Source: a virus (Duplodnaviria; Caudoviricetes). From it: a stretch of DNA of 64,000 nt. The DNA lies in IMG/VR virus record IMGVR_UViG_2775506876_000001, positions 1 through 64,000 of that record; one strand, given 5' to 3'. A model generated the notes under the pieces. It did not search any database and was not told the origin of the DNA. It worked only from the letters and a program-made list of their open reading frames with translations. Position 1 is the first letter of the stretch, and every line of letters starts with the position of its first letter. Position numbers and translations under genes: made by a program. Below, in pieces: positions 40,986 to 51,342 of this stretch.

Positions 40986-43796
40986 TTGATGTTAAACAAA
41001 GAAATCATAGAAATTTTAAAAGATAATCATGGTATTGAAATTACCGAAAACGATTTAGCAGCTATACACGAATTTCAATACTTTCTAGAACTTGATAGAC
41101 AAACCAAATTAGCTTTAACACACTCTGGTGATGTTAACGTTCAAGATGCACCTGTAATCGGTGTTATTTTAGGTGGTGCTTTAGGTGCTTTTGCTGCTCC
41201 ATTAATCGGTGTAGGTTTGCTTGCTGGCGCTTTGATAGGTGCTTCAATAGGTTGGAGATTATTGGGTGGTGGTCAAAAATCTAATAAATCTCAAGATCCT
41301 GTAGAACAAGTTAAAAAACGTGATAGTGCTGTTGCTAATTTTGGATTTAATACAGCACCTTCCATAGTACCTTTAGGTGGTGCTATACCTTTAGTTTACA
41401 CAAATACTGATATCAATGTTAATGGTGGTGTTAGAACCTCTGGATTCATATTAAATTCCAGGGTAGAGACTTTATCAGGCACTCAAAAATTATATGTGCT
41501 TTATGGTCTATGTTTAGGTGAAATAAATTCTATTGAAAACACAAAAACATTACTTGATAATCAATCCCTGGACAACTTTTTTTCTGATGAATATTCACAA
41601 GAATTTAGACTTGGTACAAAAACCCAAACAGGTATAGATTCTTTTCCTTATTACAGTACTGTCAACAATTTATCAACTAACACATACTTTGGTTTTACTT
41701 ACAAGCGTAAAACTACAAACACTGTTAGTTACACAGGTAATTTTATTCAAATAGATCCTGATAACTTAGGAATTTACAATACTTCTGATCGGTTGGTTAT
41801 ACATGATGATGTTTCAACAGTTTTACAACCTTTTAAAATCACAAATTTAAATTTATTTGAAACCAATAAACTTTCTATTAATAATACTATCGCTGTCCAA
41901 AATCAAAAAGAAATATTTGTAACGAATACTGCAACTTTCAAAACTAGTAAAAAGTGTAGTGAAATTCACATAAATTTCGTTTACAGAATATCGGCTAGAA
42001 ATGAAAACAACGATAATATTTATCATTCAGTTATATTTTATTTATATTTGAATGGTGTTTTTATCAGGCAATTGATATTATCAAATAATTCTGATTCTGA
42101 GTTAAAAGGTGTTATCAAATTAAAAAATTTAAGCTATCAAAAACATAAAGTAGAAATCGAATCTAGAAGGTATTTAAATAATGGGATGGTTACACAACAA
42201 TTAGGATCTTATAATGATATTGCTTTTTCAACTGGTGTAATTTTTAACGGTAAGGATGTGCTGCTAGTAACTGGTGCTTATCCACAAGATACTAATGCTT
42301 TAATTGCTAACGGGAATTTTAATTATGAAGATACAAAAAAATTTGTATCTAATGAACAATCAGCACCTTGTAAAATTACAACCGTGAATGAAATAGTTTA
42401 CCCAAGTGATTTAAACCATTTATTCATGGCTAATTATCCGGGTATTGTGTTGGCTAGTTTAATTATTCAAGCTTCCGAGCGTGTGCAAAGTGATCCGAAT
42501 CCTTCATTTTTTATAAGCAAGGGTAGAATTTGTAAAAATATTTTAATGGCTGGTGTTGCTGGAAACGGTAGTAACAATAGTAATTTAATCGATTTAACAA
42601 AGAATTTTATAGCCAGTTTTCCTGCTAATGCTCCTGGAAATTTACGAAACGAAACTTACATTAGAAACCTTGATAAACAAGTTGAAAGCTACGGTTTTTA
42701 TGTTGGTGTTAATAATATTCAATCCCTGGTTAATTTACAATTTGAAGAAAATGATAGATATGTAATTTATGAATTAGGAAGTTCTAACTATTTTCCTGAT
42801 ATTTTCGTTGACTTATTAACCACAAACATTGGTGGACTAGCAGGATTTTTACCAGAGAATCTGATTCAAGACTTTTTTATAGATTATGAGTCAATTGTGA
42901 AATCTAGAAAGTATTGTGTAACTAACAATTATTTTTGGGATGGTGCAATAGATTCTACAATTAATTTTGAAGAATGGGTGACCAGGGAATCATTAACTAG
43001 TTTGTTATTCCCTTGTAGGACTGGTGGAAGATATGGATTAATCCCAGAACAACAAACAAACCCTGTAGCTATTTTTAGTGCTTCAAATATTATCGAGAAT
43101 AGTTACAGTGAAGAAAACGTTCAAATCGATAATTTAAATTGCATACACGTAACTTTTAGCGACGGTACAGACGATTTAAAACCTAAAGTGATCAGCGTGA
43201 TGACTGCTGATGCTTATAACGGTTTAGAACCTCTGTTCCCTGAATCTTTAAAATTTACTAGCATCACTAATCAATCGCAAGCTGAAAAAGTCGGCAAAGT
43301 TTATCTAAAATCTCGGCTAAATCAAACCAAAGTTATAAATTTTTCTACAGGTTTACAAGGTTTCGGTGTCCGCGAAGGTGATTTAATCATCATCCAATAT
43401 TTAACAACAGAACTAGTAAACGAATTTTCAGGATTTGTTGTTTCGCTTGAAAAGAACCAGGGAACATTCCATGATTATTTTTTGAGTGTTCCTTTACCTT
43501 CGAGTTTACCGATTAACTACCCTGGTGTGAACACTTATAAATTATCTAGTGGTAACATAGAACGCTCTAAAACTTGTGAAATTGTTGTTAGTAATAATAA
43601 ACGTTGTCTGAGAATTTATGGTTTATCAAATATTCTAGAATCCGGTGATTATGTAATAGTTACTGAGGATGTAGAAAGTAGAAAAACTTTTAGGGTTAAC
43701 AAAATAGAACCACAAGATGATGGTTCAGTAAATATTCAAGCTCTCCGATGGATTCCTGATATTTTAGATGGTTCTGATTTATTTGTAATCGATTAA
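40986..43796 (+). CDS. Tail tip/host-specificity protein (TipJ-like)
   Basis: 936 aa; Gly/Ala-rich N-terminal segment, LG..IPLVY, GGVR, LC.GEI, EGDLI, FRVNKI. Confidence 0.8.
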   Translation: MMLNKEIIEILKDNHGIEITENDLAAIHEFQYFLELDRQTKLALTHSGDVNVQDAPVIGVILGGALGAFAAPLIGVGLLAGALIGASIGWRLLGGGQKSNKSQDPVEQVKKRDSAVANFGFNTAPSIVPLGGAIPLVYTNTDINVNGGVRTSGFILNSRVETLSGTQKLYVLYGLCLGEINSIENTKTLLDNQSLDNFFSDEYSQEFRLGTKTQTGIDSFPYYSTVNNLSTNTYFGFTYKRKTTNTVSYTGNFIQIDPDNLGIYNTSDRLVIHDDVSTVLQPFKITNLNLFETNKLSINNTIAVQNQKEIFVTNTATFKTSKKCSEIHINFVYRISARNENNDNIYHSVIFYLYLNGVFIRQLILSNNSDSELKGVIKLKNLSYQKHKVEIESRRYLNNGMVTQQLGSYNDIAFSTGVIFNGKDVLLVTGAYPQDTNALIANGNFNYEDTKKFVSNEQSAPCKITTVNEIVYPSDLNHLFMANYPGIVLASLIIQASERVQSDPNPSFFISKGRICKNILMAGVAGNGSNNSNLIDLTKNFIASFPANAPGNLRNETYIRNLDKQVESYGFYVGVNNIQSLVNLQFEENDRYVIYELGSSNYFPDIFVDLLTTNIGGLAGFLPENLIQDFFIDYESIVKSRKYCVTNNYFWDGAIDSTINFEEWVTRESLTSLLFPCRTGGRYGLIPEQQTNPVAIFSASNIIENSYSEENVQIDNLNCIHVTFSDGTDDLKPKVISVMTADAYNGLEPLFPESLKFTSITNQSQAEKVGKVYLKSRLNQTKVINFSTGLQGFGVREGDLIIIQYLTTELVNEFSGFVVSLEKNQGTFHDYFLSVPLPSSLPINYPGVNTYKLSSGNIERSKTCEIVVSNNKRCLRIYGLSNILESGDYVIVTEDVESRKTFRVNKIEPQDDGSVNIQALRWIPDILDGSDLFVID

Positions 43797-43811
43797 AAAG
43801 GTTTAAAAAAT

Positions 43812-44030
43812 ATGCCAGTAATCAAACTTGATTCAAGAAGATTTCAAATTTTTTATAGACTTTACCAGGGTAAAACTGATAGACAGATTGGTCAAGAATT
43901 AAAATTACCTGGATACACTATTACTTATAACAAAGCACAGTTATTTAAAATTTTAAATGTGAAAAAACGCGCTGAACTACCAAATTTAGCGCGTAATTTC
44001 AAAATTGTTTTAGATTGTCCGATAGGTTAA
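43812..44030 (+). CDS. LuxR-type HTH protein
   Basis: QGKTDRQIGQELKL..TI.....LFKILNVKKRAEL. Confidence 0.75.
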   Translation: MPVIKLDSRRFQIFYRLYQGKTDRQIGQELKLPGYTITYNKAQLFKILNVKKRAELPNLARNFKIVLDCPIG

Positions 44031-44806
44031 CAAGCAACTGATTCATCTACAACAAAATCAGGGTTTTCATATTTTCTGATTTTGTTAAAGAATTTTAACA
44101 TAATTTCTTCTGTTGTTCCTGGTTTTTCAAATTCATCGGTCATAGGAACATCATTAAAATAATATGTCCAGATGTTTCTAGCAAAACACCAAGCTAAAAC
44201 ACCGATTCTAATTTCTTGATCAGCTACAAGGTAGCAGACATCAACCTTGTGAATATTATCTCTGTGTTGATAATTTCCAAAATAATTTGTGACTCTTAAA
44301 ATCAAATTATATTTTTTGGCTAATTCTTCAGTTTTATCCAGGGTTTGACGTTTAGCTTCATAACGTTTAGCAACTTTTTCATGTGCTAATCTTTTAGATT
44401 CGGCAGCTTTTCTTTCTTCAAAACGTCTTTTAGCTTCATGTTTGACTTCTAGCCGTTCTAGTTCTTTCTGTATTTTTTGCTCCATTGCGTCTGTAATTTC
44501 CATAATATCCTTTTTGTTGTTTAGTTTTTTATTAGGGAACATCTTTTTAATAACACTGTTAGTTACTATTGGGTAATTAGCAGTGTTATACACGCTTTCT
44601 AATGTTATATCAGGAATTTCAAAATTAGTCAATAGAACTAGATCATTCCTAGGTATGGACTTTTCCAAATACAGATACATTCCAACGAATTTCTTTAACC
44701 GTGACTTAAATTCCCTGGTTAATTTAAATTCTTTTAACTGTTCATCGTTATTTGGTAAAAATCTGGAAACTAGGATCTCTCTATCGGTTAAGGTAACTGT
44801 TGACAT
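44027..44806 (-). CDS. Hypothetical protein with a charged coiled segment
   Basis: 259 aa ORF. Confidence 0.6.
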   Translation of the reverse strand: MSTVTLTDREILVSRFLPNNDEQLKEFKLTREFKSRLKKFVGMYLYLEKSIPRNDLVLLTNFEIPDITLESVYNTANYPIVTNSVIKKMFPNKKLNNKKDIMEITDAMEQKIQKELERLEVKHEAKRRFEERKAAESKRLAHEKVAKRYEAKRQTLDKTEELAKKYNLILRVTNYFGNYQHRDNIHKVDVCYLVADQEIRIGVLAWCFARNIWTYYFNDVPMTDEFEKPGTTEEIMLKFFNKIRKYENPDFVVDESVAC

Positions 44807-44864
44807 GGTTTTTAAAAATTTCTGATATTTGTATTATATATTTTCTGGTTTAAAAAGTCACTTT

Positions 44865-45368
44865 TTAAATTTTTACCATTTTTCCAACAAAACCTAAGTC
44901 TTGAAAATTATCTTTAAACCTGGTAATAACACTAGATTTATTTGATAAACACATAAACGCGTTGTAATTACGGGGACTTTTACCAGGTTCCATAGTTTTC
45001 CCATCTATCCAGGGTATTCTATTTCTTACAATTACAGTAGGATATGTCAGCAATTCAGGAACTTGAAATAACACAGACTCGCTAAAAGCGGCAAAAATAA
45101 TTGAAACGTGTTTATGTTCTTGAATAGTAGCGATCGCTTTGATAGCCCAAAGTTTAGCAGGTGTCGGTGGATTGGTATACACAAAATTATGTTTCCAAGA
45201 TATTTCTAAACCGTTAACACCTTTGATAGGGCAAGGATCGAAAATGTCTTTAGTGTCAAAAGTTGAGTAAACTTTATTCCAGATATACCCTGGTGTGTAG
45301 TACTCTTGTGATGGTTTGTGATTTCCAAGTAATGAATGATTATTCATAATTTTAAGCTGCTTTAGCAA
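44865..45368 (-). CDS. Phage-type DNA N6-adenine methyltransferase-like protein
   Basis: EYYTP, FDPCP, NGL..SW, VYTNPPT (variant of NPPY). Confidence 0.7.
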   Translation of the reverse strand: MLKQLKIMNNHSLLGNHKPSQEYYTPGYIWNKVYSTFDTKDIFDPCPIKGVNGLEISWKHNFVYTNPPTPAKLWAIKAIATIQEHKHVSIIFAAFSESVLFQVPELLTYPTVIVRNRIPWIDGKTMEPGKSPRNYNAFMCLSNKSSVITRFKDNFQDLGFVGKMVKI

Positions 45369-45822
45369 AAGATTTATTGTTTTTGATTAGTTCAGAAAAC
45401 GAGTTAAACCCAAAATGTTTGGCAACTGGTAATAGATGTCTACAAACTTTTTTACCAGGGAAAGGCAATCCATATTGTTTTTGATTTTGGAAATCTGTGC
45501 AACTACATGTGTAATCGGTTTGATAAATTTCAACTAAATGTGTATCATGGCTAGATTCAAATTTTACAAATGCTCGAATTGAATCTAAATCATTAACATC
45601 AGCCATGTTTAAAACTTCATAACTTTCTGTTAAATGCGCGTTAATACGAAAACTATAAAAATCTTGTTGATAGGTTTTAAAGCTTATAAATGTACAGCAG
45701 TTACCTCTATTTATTTTATAGCGTGCCAAAACTTTACCTTTAACTACACGTATTTCGGCAACATCTTTAGCTTTAATATTTAGAATTCTGGCTGTTGCAG
45801 CTTTAGTTATGTAGTTAATCAT
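45352..45822 (-). CDS. SWIM zinc-finger protein
   Basis: CSCTDF..VCRH. Confidence 0.75.
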   Translation of the reverse strand: MINYITKAATARILNIKAKDVAEIRVVKGKVLARYKINRGNCCTFISFKTYQQDFYSFRINAHLTESYEVLNMADVNDLDSIRAFVKFESSHDTHLVEIYQTDYTCSCTDFQNQKQYGLPFPGKKVCRHLLPVAKHFGFNSFSELIKNNKSFAKAA

Positions 45823-45896
45823 GTTAATTATGGTTAATTAAGGTTATTTAGAGTTAATTAGGTAGTTGATCACGGTCTGAACCGTTCCATATATCT

Positions 45897-45925
45897 ATAA
45901 TATGTCGGACAAAATATAATGTCAA
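45897..45925 (-). promoter_or_regulatory. Sigma70-type promoter with the TTGTCCGACAT palindrome in its spacer
   Basis: Minus strand TTGACA-ttatattttgtccgaca(17 bp)-TATTAT. Confidence 0.7.
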
Positions 45926-46060
45926 GGGTTTTAAAATCAAAAAGTGACTTTTTAAAATTAAATAATTTGAAATTATATATTACTTTAGATATATAAGCTT
46001 ATATTATAGTCATGGTATAATATAAGTATTGTAAATTTACAATAAACCTAGGTTTAAATT

Positions 46061-46318
46061 ATGGCTACTACAGACGTTTTAAATCAGTTAGCAGATCAGA
46101 TTGTTGCTCTAGCTTCCTTGGTCAGACAACTCATTGCAACTAAGGCTGATGACAGTAATAAAATCGCTCAGCTAACTGATCAAGCACTTCAAAAAGACAC
46201 ACAGATTCAAGAATTGTTATCTAGCGATCAAGTTTCCAGTGAAAAAGCGGTTCAACTTAGTAACGAGATAAAAGCACTAGTCACAGAGGCTACTGCGGCT
46301 CTAGCTCAACCTGCTTAA
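46061..46318 (+). CDS. Small coiled-coil protein
   Basis: 85 aa ORF followed by a bidirectional terminator. Confidence 0.65.
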   Translation: MATTDVLNQLADQIVALASLVRQLIATKADDSNKIAQLTDQALQKDTQIQELLSSDQVSSEKAVQLSNEIKALVTEATAALAQPA

Positions 46319-46337
46319 TTAAATCTATCTAGACAAT

Positions 46338-46376
46338 AAAAAACCCTTAGTAACTTAAAATTACTAAGGGTTTTTT
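46338..46376. terminator. Bidirectional intrinsic terminator
   Basis: aaaaacccttagtaa..ttactaagggtttttt between convergent genes. Confidence 0.75.
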
Positions 46377-46395
46377 AGTTTTATGTCAATTTTAT

Positions 46396-46569
46396 TTATT
46401 TTTTAAAAATATTGGCATATTTATCGTAATTTCCGATTATTTCTTTTATTTTGTCGTGATTCAAAATTCCATCAGATAACGCCGTAACACCTGCCAAATT
46501 GTACATATTTGTTTTACCAGAAACACGAATTTTTTCAAAACAATCAAAATCTTTTTTTGTGATTTCCAT
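46396..46569 (-). CDS. Small phage protein (DUF5049-like), not in the ORF track
   Basis: Manual translation MEITKKDFDCFEKIRVSGKTNMY.., 57 aa. Confidence 0.6.
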   Translation of the reverse strand: MEITKKDFDCFEKIRVSGKTNMYNLAGVTALSDGILNHDKIKEIIGNYDKYANIFKK

Positions 46570-46573
46570 AAAT

Positions 46574-47026
46574 TCAACTCCTTTTTGTGTAAATGATATC
46601 GAAAATTAAATGTACCAGTGCTGAAAGTTCCATTGCAACATAGAGAATCATAGAATATTTCAGAACAGTTTCAAGATTTTGAAAATCGTTGTAAACCAAT
46701 AATAGACCGGGAATAAACAACAAGTAACAGAATCTAATCAAACTTCCGATAATCGGAAAATGTGTATAAAAGTTCCGATTAAAAAAGTTACCCTTGTGTT
46801 TAAATAACGCTCTATACGGTATCCAATAAAACTTTAGAATCGACCATTTTTGAGAAGGTCTAGATTTTTTCATATCTAAATCAGGACTTAAATATAACCC
46901 TGAAAATAGATAGAACCCTGAAAATGTTGCTAGTGTTATCATGTCCAGGGAATAGTATGAGCCTATAGCCCAAAACCCTGGTAATGATAGAAATATTGAT
47001 TTATCGTGAGTTTTGCCAGATGCCAT
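46574..47026 (-). CDS. DUF2227-family metal-binding membrane protein
   Basis: MASGKTHD, LSPDLD, YWIPYR..F.H, TH.PIIGS..R, VHLI.D. Confidence 0.8.
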   Translation of the reverse strand: MASGKTHDKSIFLSLPGFWAIGSYYSLDMITLATFSGFYLFSGLYLSPDLDMKKSRPSQKWSILKFYWIPYRALFKHKGNFFNRNFYTHFPIIGSLIRFCYLLFIPGLLLVYNDFQNLETVLKYSMILYVAMELSALVHLIFDIIYTKRS

Positions 47027-47030
47027 AAAA

Positions 47031-47189
47031 TTACTTACCTTTTACCCATCCTTTAAACTGGCAAGTGATATCTTTAATCGGTTGTCCATCACTCGTGAAA
47101 CCTTTTTCTTTAATTTCAATATTGATAATAGCTTCTGGTATTTGAGGATTATCAGAATATTGAGATGATTGTGTTGATTTAATTACCAT
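47031..47189 (-). CDS. Hypothetical 52-aa protein, not in the ORF track
   Basis: Manual translation; stops 4 bp before the DUF2227 start. Confidence 0.45.
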   Translation of the reverse strand: MVIKSTQSSQYSDNPQIPEAIINIEIKEKGFTSDGQPIKDITCQFKGWVKGK

Positions 47190-47313
47190 AAAATTTTTCC
47201 TGTTTTCAGAACTTTCTATAATATGTCAGACATTTCTAAGTTTGTCAATACTTAAAAAGTGACTTTTTAAAATCTTAGTCATATTATGTTTGATGCATAT
47301 TATAAAAAATTTG

Positions 47314-48033
47314 TCAAGAGTATTTAAGCTTATATTTTTTAAAATTATCAGATTGACAAAACAAACAGTTACGATTTTTAATCAATCTGATAGAATAACC
47401 AGAATCTTGGAATTCATGTCCATTGCTACAAATAGAACCAAAAGCGTATAATTCCGGTTTTCTACGAAGTTCAATTAAAAAATCTGTAGCCTCTTGACTT
47501 AATTCAGCATTTTTGTATTCTCGCTGAATTCCTAGTTTTTCCCTGGTCACTTGTTGGTATATTATTTTTTGTTGCTTTTTGATTTTTTCTTCATTTTCTA
47601 AACGGTAATTTATTGCGCAAAAAATACATCTTTTTGATATTTTATATCTGATAGAATAACCAGAATTTTCAAATTCATGATTATTCGGACAGATAGTACC
47701 AAATCTAAAATCATCGGAATTTTTACCACTAGCTTTTAAAAAGTTGATAGCCGATTTAGTCAAAGGTGTAAATTTACCAAAAACCGATTCTTTTTTCTGT
47801 TTCACATGATCTTTACATTTTCTAGTTTTATTACATTCATAACAATTATTACCGTTTTTATATCTGATGGAGTAACCAGAATCTCGGAATTCATGATTGT
47901 TCTTACAAATTTCACCAAATCTGTATAATTCTGGATTGCAGCCAGCAAATATTAAATGATCTATAGCTTCTTGGCTTAATTCTGGGTAATTCATATCGAT
48001 TAAATAAAAGTGACTTTTCAAGTATACAAACAA
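47314..48033 (-). CDS. Protein with three tandem Cys/His (Zn-finger-like) repeats
   Basis: 3 x FG.IC.N.HEF..SGYSIR.....C..C. Confidence 0.7.
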   Translation of the reverse strand: MFVYLKSHFYLIDMNYPELSQEAIDHLIFAGCNPELYRFGEICKNNHEFRDSGYSIRYKNGNNCYECNKTRKCKDHVKQKKESVFGKFTPLTKSAINFLKASGKNSDDFRFGTICPNNHEFENSGYSIRYKISKRCIFCAINYRLENEEKIKKQQKIIYQQVTREKLGIQREYKNAELSQEATDFLIELRRKPELYAFGSICSNGHEFQDSGYSIRLIKNRNCLFCQSDNFKKYKLKYS

Positions 48034-48170
48034 TTCATAGAATTGTCTACCTTTGAAAAGTCACTTTCTAGCTATGGGTATTATAAAAAGTTTGTCAAGT
48101 ACTTGTAACAATCTGTAATGTCTCGGATAACTTTAATGGTTCAGTCCAGGTACAGCGTTTTTCTGTTTGC

Positions 48171-49784
48171 TTAAAATTTCGGAACAATACCAAGATAGTA
48201 ATGACCAAGATAAGCAAACACAACGGGCTGTTTCAATCTTTGTGAAACAACTTTGTAATTTTTATACTGTTCGCGTAAATTATCCCGGTCTTTCTTATCA
48301 GGTACTGCTTGAGGAAGATTTAAAGCGGTCTCGATAACTTTATAGCTTTCCATTTCTCGGTTATCTTTAATATATTTGTTGCCAAGTAACACAAGATTTA
48401 AACATGACCTAGTGCTTTGATCTAACTCTTTAATGCCTATGGCTTTCAGGTTTAAACTGTGTAATATTGCGACAAATTTGACGTTGTACTCCCGCCCAAT
48501 AATTAAAATGTCTAATAACAATTGTGAATATTGAACATCAGCTTCATCGAGAGCGATCGCAGAACTGATCCAATCATCGAGTAACACGATAAAAGGTTTA
48601 AGATTATTGCGTCGATCTTCATCCAGGGACAATCTACGCTCATATTCAGTTTTGATATCGTTAAAAAATTCTTGTGCTTCTTGGATTTTGTCATCACCTA
48701 TAAATCTATAGCAACAATCTTGTTCTCTTAAACCTTCGTAGCTGTCATTTTTTACGCTGAATACTCTGGCATCAAACTCTGTGTAAGTGTCCTTTAATTG
48801 CCTCAAATACTCTTTAACGAATGAACTTTTACCACTACCTTGTTGTCCAATAATCACTGTTGAACCATCAGACTTTACAAGACTCTTAATCATGTCTCTA
48901 GTGTCTTGCTCAGATTTAGCAACATCAAAGTTACTACCCTGGACAGAATCGTTTTGATTATCAAAATTATCCGAACTGTTGCTAGAACCATCTGAACCGT
49001 TGCCAGACTTTTCTAAATTCGGTTCATAACCACGTTGATCCAAACGTTCCATTTTCTTTTCACTAGTTTTTGACTCTAAATCATGCTTAAATTTTTCAGC
49101 TTTTAACCGTGCTAAATCTAAATCAAAACTAGAATTCTCGATAAGTTTTTGCTTTCTAGATTGTTCCTGTAAATATTCCTGATAAGCTAGTTTTTGCTCA
49201 TCGGACATGTCCATCATTCTCAAACTTTGAAATTCACTTTCAATATTTTCTTGGATGTACTGAGTTTCTAGAACGGTTCTATACTTGGTTGTTTCGCGAG
49301 ACTGCAAACCGATTAACTGAGCTTCAAGAGTTTCAGTTTTGTATTGTTCAAATAGTTCAGGGAATTCTCGCTTGTATCTGGTTGATGTCAGGCTGTAAAG
49401 TCCGTAAGAAACTGTTGAAAGTCCTACAGCCGCTATAGCATAAAAAAGGTAATTTGGGTTAGTTGCTTTATTAAAATTTACAATGTGTCTACCAGTTGCC
49501 GGAATCAAAAATTTATCATTCCCTGTAACAAATTCTGGGTTAGGTTTCAACTCATCCTTTTTCAACAAAAACTTAGGGCTAGTCCTAAATATGTCCTGAC
49601 CATTTTTACAGAATTCAGATCTTGGTGTACTGTGTAAAACTTCTGGGATAAAGCAAAAATCTACAGTATCATATTTAACATCTGACATACTAGTATACAT
49701 CGATACAATACTGATGCCAGCAAAACAGAATGCTAATTTTGCTGTGTTATCTCTTTGTTTCTTGATCTGTTTAAGCGGGTTCAT
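48171..49784 (-). CDS. Membrane-anchored FtsK/HerA-like P-loop ATPase
   Basis: Two N-terminal TM segments, coiled coil, GQQGSGKS Walker A, IVLLDD Walker B, IGREYNV. Confidence 0.75.
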   Translation of the reverse strand: MNPLKQIKKQRDNTAKLAFCFAGISIVSMYTSMSDVKYDTVDFCFIPEVLHSTPRSEFCKNGQDIFRTSPKFLLKKDELKPNPEFVTGNDKFLIPATGRHIVNFNKATNPNYLFYAIAAVGLSTVSYGLYSLTSTRYKREFPELFEQYKTETLEAQLIGLQSRETTKYRTVLETQYIQENIESEFQSLRMMDMSDEQKLAYQEYLQEQSRKQKLIENSSFDLDLARLKAEKFKHDLESKTSEKKMERLDQRGYEPNLEKSGNGSDGSSNSSDNFDNQNDSVQGSNFDVAKSEQDTRDMIKSLVKSDGSTVIIGQQGSGKSSFVKEYLRQLKDTYTEFDARVFSVKNDSYEGLREQDCCYRFIGDDKIQEAQEFFNDIKTEYERRLSLDEDRRNNLKPFIVLLDDWISSAIALDEADVQYSQLLLDILIIGREYNVKFVAILHSLNLKAIGIKELDQSTRSCLNLVLLGNKYIKDNREMESYKVIETALNLPQAVPDKKDRDNLREQYKNYKVVSQRLKQPVVFAYLGHYYLGIVPKF

Positions 49785-49863
49785 GTTGTCCAGGTAATAT
49801 TATACAAAAATGTCTGACAACTATTATAACAAGTGTCAGACATTTTAAAAAGTGACTTTTTAG

Positions 49864-50427
49864 TTAATCCATAAGATCCTTTAAAAATTTATAACCCATA
49901 ACACCAGCAGCAGCACCACAACCTGTTAAAATTATAAATTTTAAATCAGGGTTAATTCCTTGTCTTTTATCCCTTTCATAATCTTGTTTATCTTGCTCAT
50001 AAGCAGTAGCACTGACATCAGCAATTTTTAAAATATTACGAATCTCGCTTGTAGCAACAAATGTTAATGTTCCTGCTAATATCAATTTAATCAAACCATT
50101 AATAAGTTTCCCGTTAACACTGAAATTCATAGATTCACTGTCCTTAGATATATTGAAATTGTCAGCGATCGCTTTCATAGCTGGTACTGATCCAATTGTA
50201 AAGCCTCCAAGAACAGCTAAGAACAGTGTAGAACCAACGTGAATCAACCAAAGCGTTATGAACACATTCATAGAATTAAACATAACCATTTCTAACCAAG
50301 ATTTAACAAATTCTTGTCTATTCAACTCTTTCAGATAATCTTGCTCAAGTCTTGCTAAATGTTCCTGGTTTTCCCTGGTAAACTCCAAATTTTGTTCTTG
50401 ATTTTCATTTTCTTGAATATTAAACAT
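49864..50427 (-). CDS. Multi-pass membrane protein
   Basis: 187 aa, 3-4 hydrophobic segments. Confidence 0.65.
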   Translation of the reverse strand: MFNIQENENQEQNLEFTRENQEHLARLEQDYLKELNRQEFVKSWLEMVMFNSMNVFITLWLIHVGSTLFLAVLGGFTIGSVPAMKAIADNFNISKDSESMNFSVNGKLINGLIKLILAGTLTFVATSEIRNILKIADVSATAYEQDKQDYERDKRQGINPDLKFIILTGCGAAAGVMGYKFLKDLMD

Positions 50428-50542
50428 GATATAATTCCTTTACACACTAGAGATTGCTATTTAAAAACCTTTAAAGTATGCTTATTATTTTAAAGGTTTT
50501 TTCTTGTCTGACATATTTTAACATTATAGTAAAAATTTAGAC

Positions 50543-51314
50543 AATAAAAAATCCCTAGTTGTTATCCAGGGATTTAAAAAGTCACTTTTTGAATTAAATC
50601 AATCGTTTCTCTCTTGTGTTTGTAAAGTGTTTTTAATAACACGTTTCATATTCTTTTCGCAACAAAAAAACATAGACTTAAACAAATCAATATCATTTTC
50701 AACAGCTATCAAAAAGATAGATTGAATAATGTTAACAGAGATTTCAAAAAACTTTTCAGGATCAATATCAATGTTAAAAAGAATTGATTTTTTATAAAGT
50801 TCACAAAGGTTAAAAACATTTTCTGACAAATCTAGATTAAGATTTTCCGGGAATCCATTATATATATTAGCAAAAGTGAATTTCTCATCATAAGCCAATA
50901 TAGCTAAATAAGCTAAAACATCACATAATTCTAAACCTAAATTATGTGTGTCTTTATCAGTTTTATCTTTGATTTTCAAAATAGATAAAACTTCACCAGC
51001 TTCACCAGCAACACCTAAAATTAAAAGAGTTGTTTTGTGAATTTCATCAACTTTATAATTTTGTTGATTTAAAATAAAAAATTTCTGAAAGCTTCTAAGC
51101 AAAGAATAAATTGATAATCCATTTTTTTCTTTTGAATTACAAGAATTTTCCATAGATGTTAACAAATTGTTCATGTCTTTTATTACTTCTGTCATTTCTT
51201 TAATCCTTGTTTTTTGTCCGACAAATATATACTAACTAATAATATTATAAATGTCAACAAGTTTAATAAAAAATCCCTAATTGTTATCCAGGGATTTAAA
51301 AAGTCACTTTTTGA
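50543..51314. repeat. 50-bp direct repeats flanking the MazG-like gene (50543-50592, 51265-51314)
   Basis: aataaaaaatccctaRttgttatccagggatttaaaaagtcactttttga, 1 mismatch; terminator-like hairpin plus palindrome. Confidence 0.9.
50599..51195 (-). CDS. MazG-like NTP pyrophosphohydrolase
   Basis: LGVAGEAGEV..ELCDVLAYL. Confidence 0.75.
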   Translation of the reverse strand: MTEVIKDMNNLLTSMENSCNSKEKNGLSIYSLLRSFQKFFILNQQNYKVDEIHKTTLLILGVAGEAGEVLSILKIKDKTDKDTHNLGLELCDVLAYLAILAYDEKFTFANIYNGFPENLNLDLSENVFNLCELYKKSILFNIDIDPEKFFEISVNIIQSIFLIAVENDIDLFKSMFFCCEKNMKRVIKNTLQTQERND

Positions 51315-51342
51315 TTTATCTAGTTTACAAAAATTGTAAGAT

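Noticed and set aside
22249-43796. Diversity-generating retroelement acting on fibre genes
   Set aside because: No reverse transcriptase and no adenine-mismatched TR/VR pair seen
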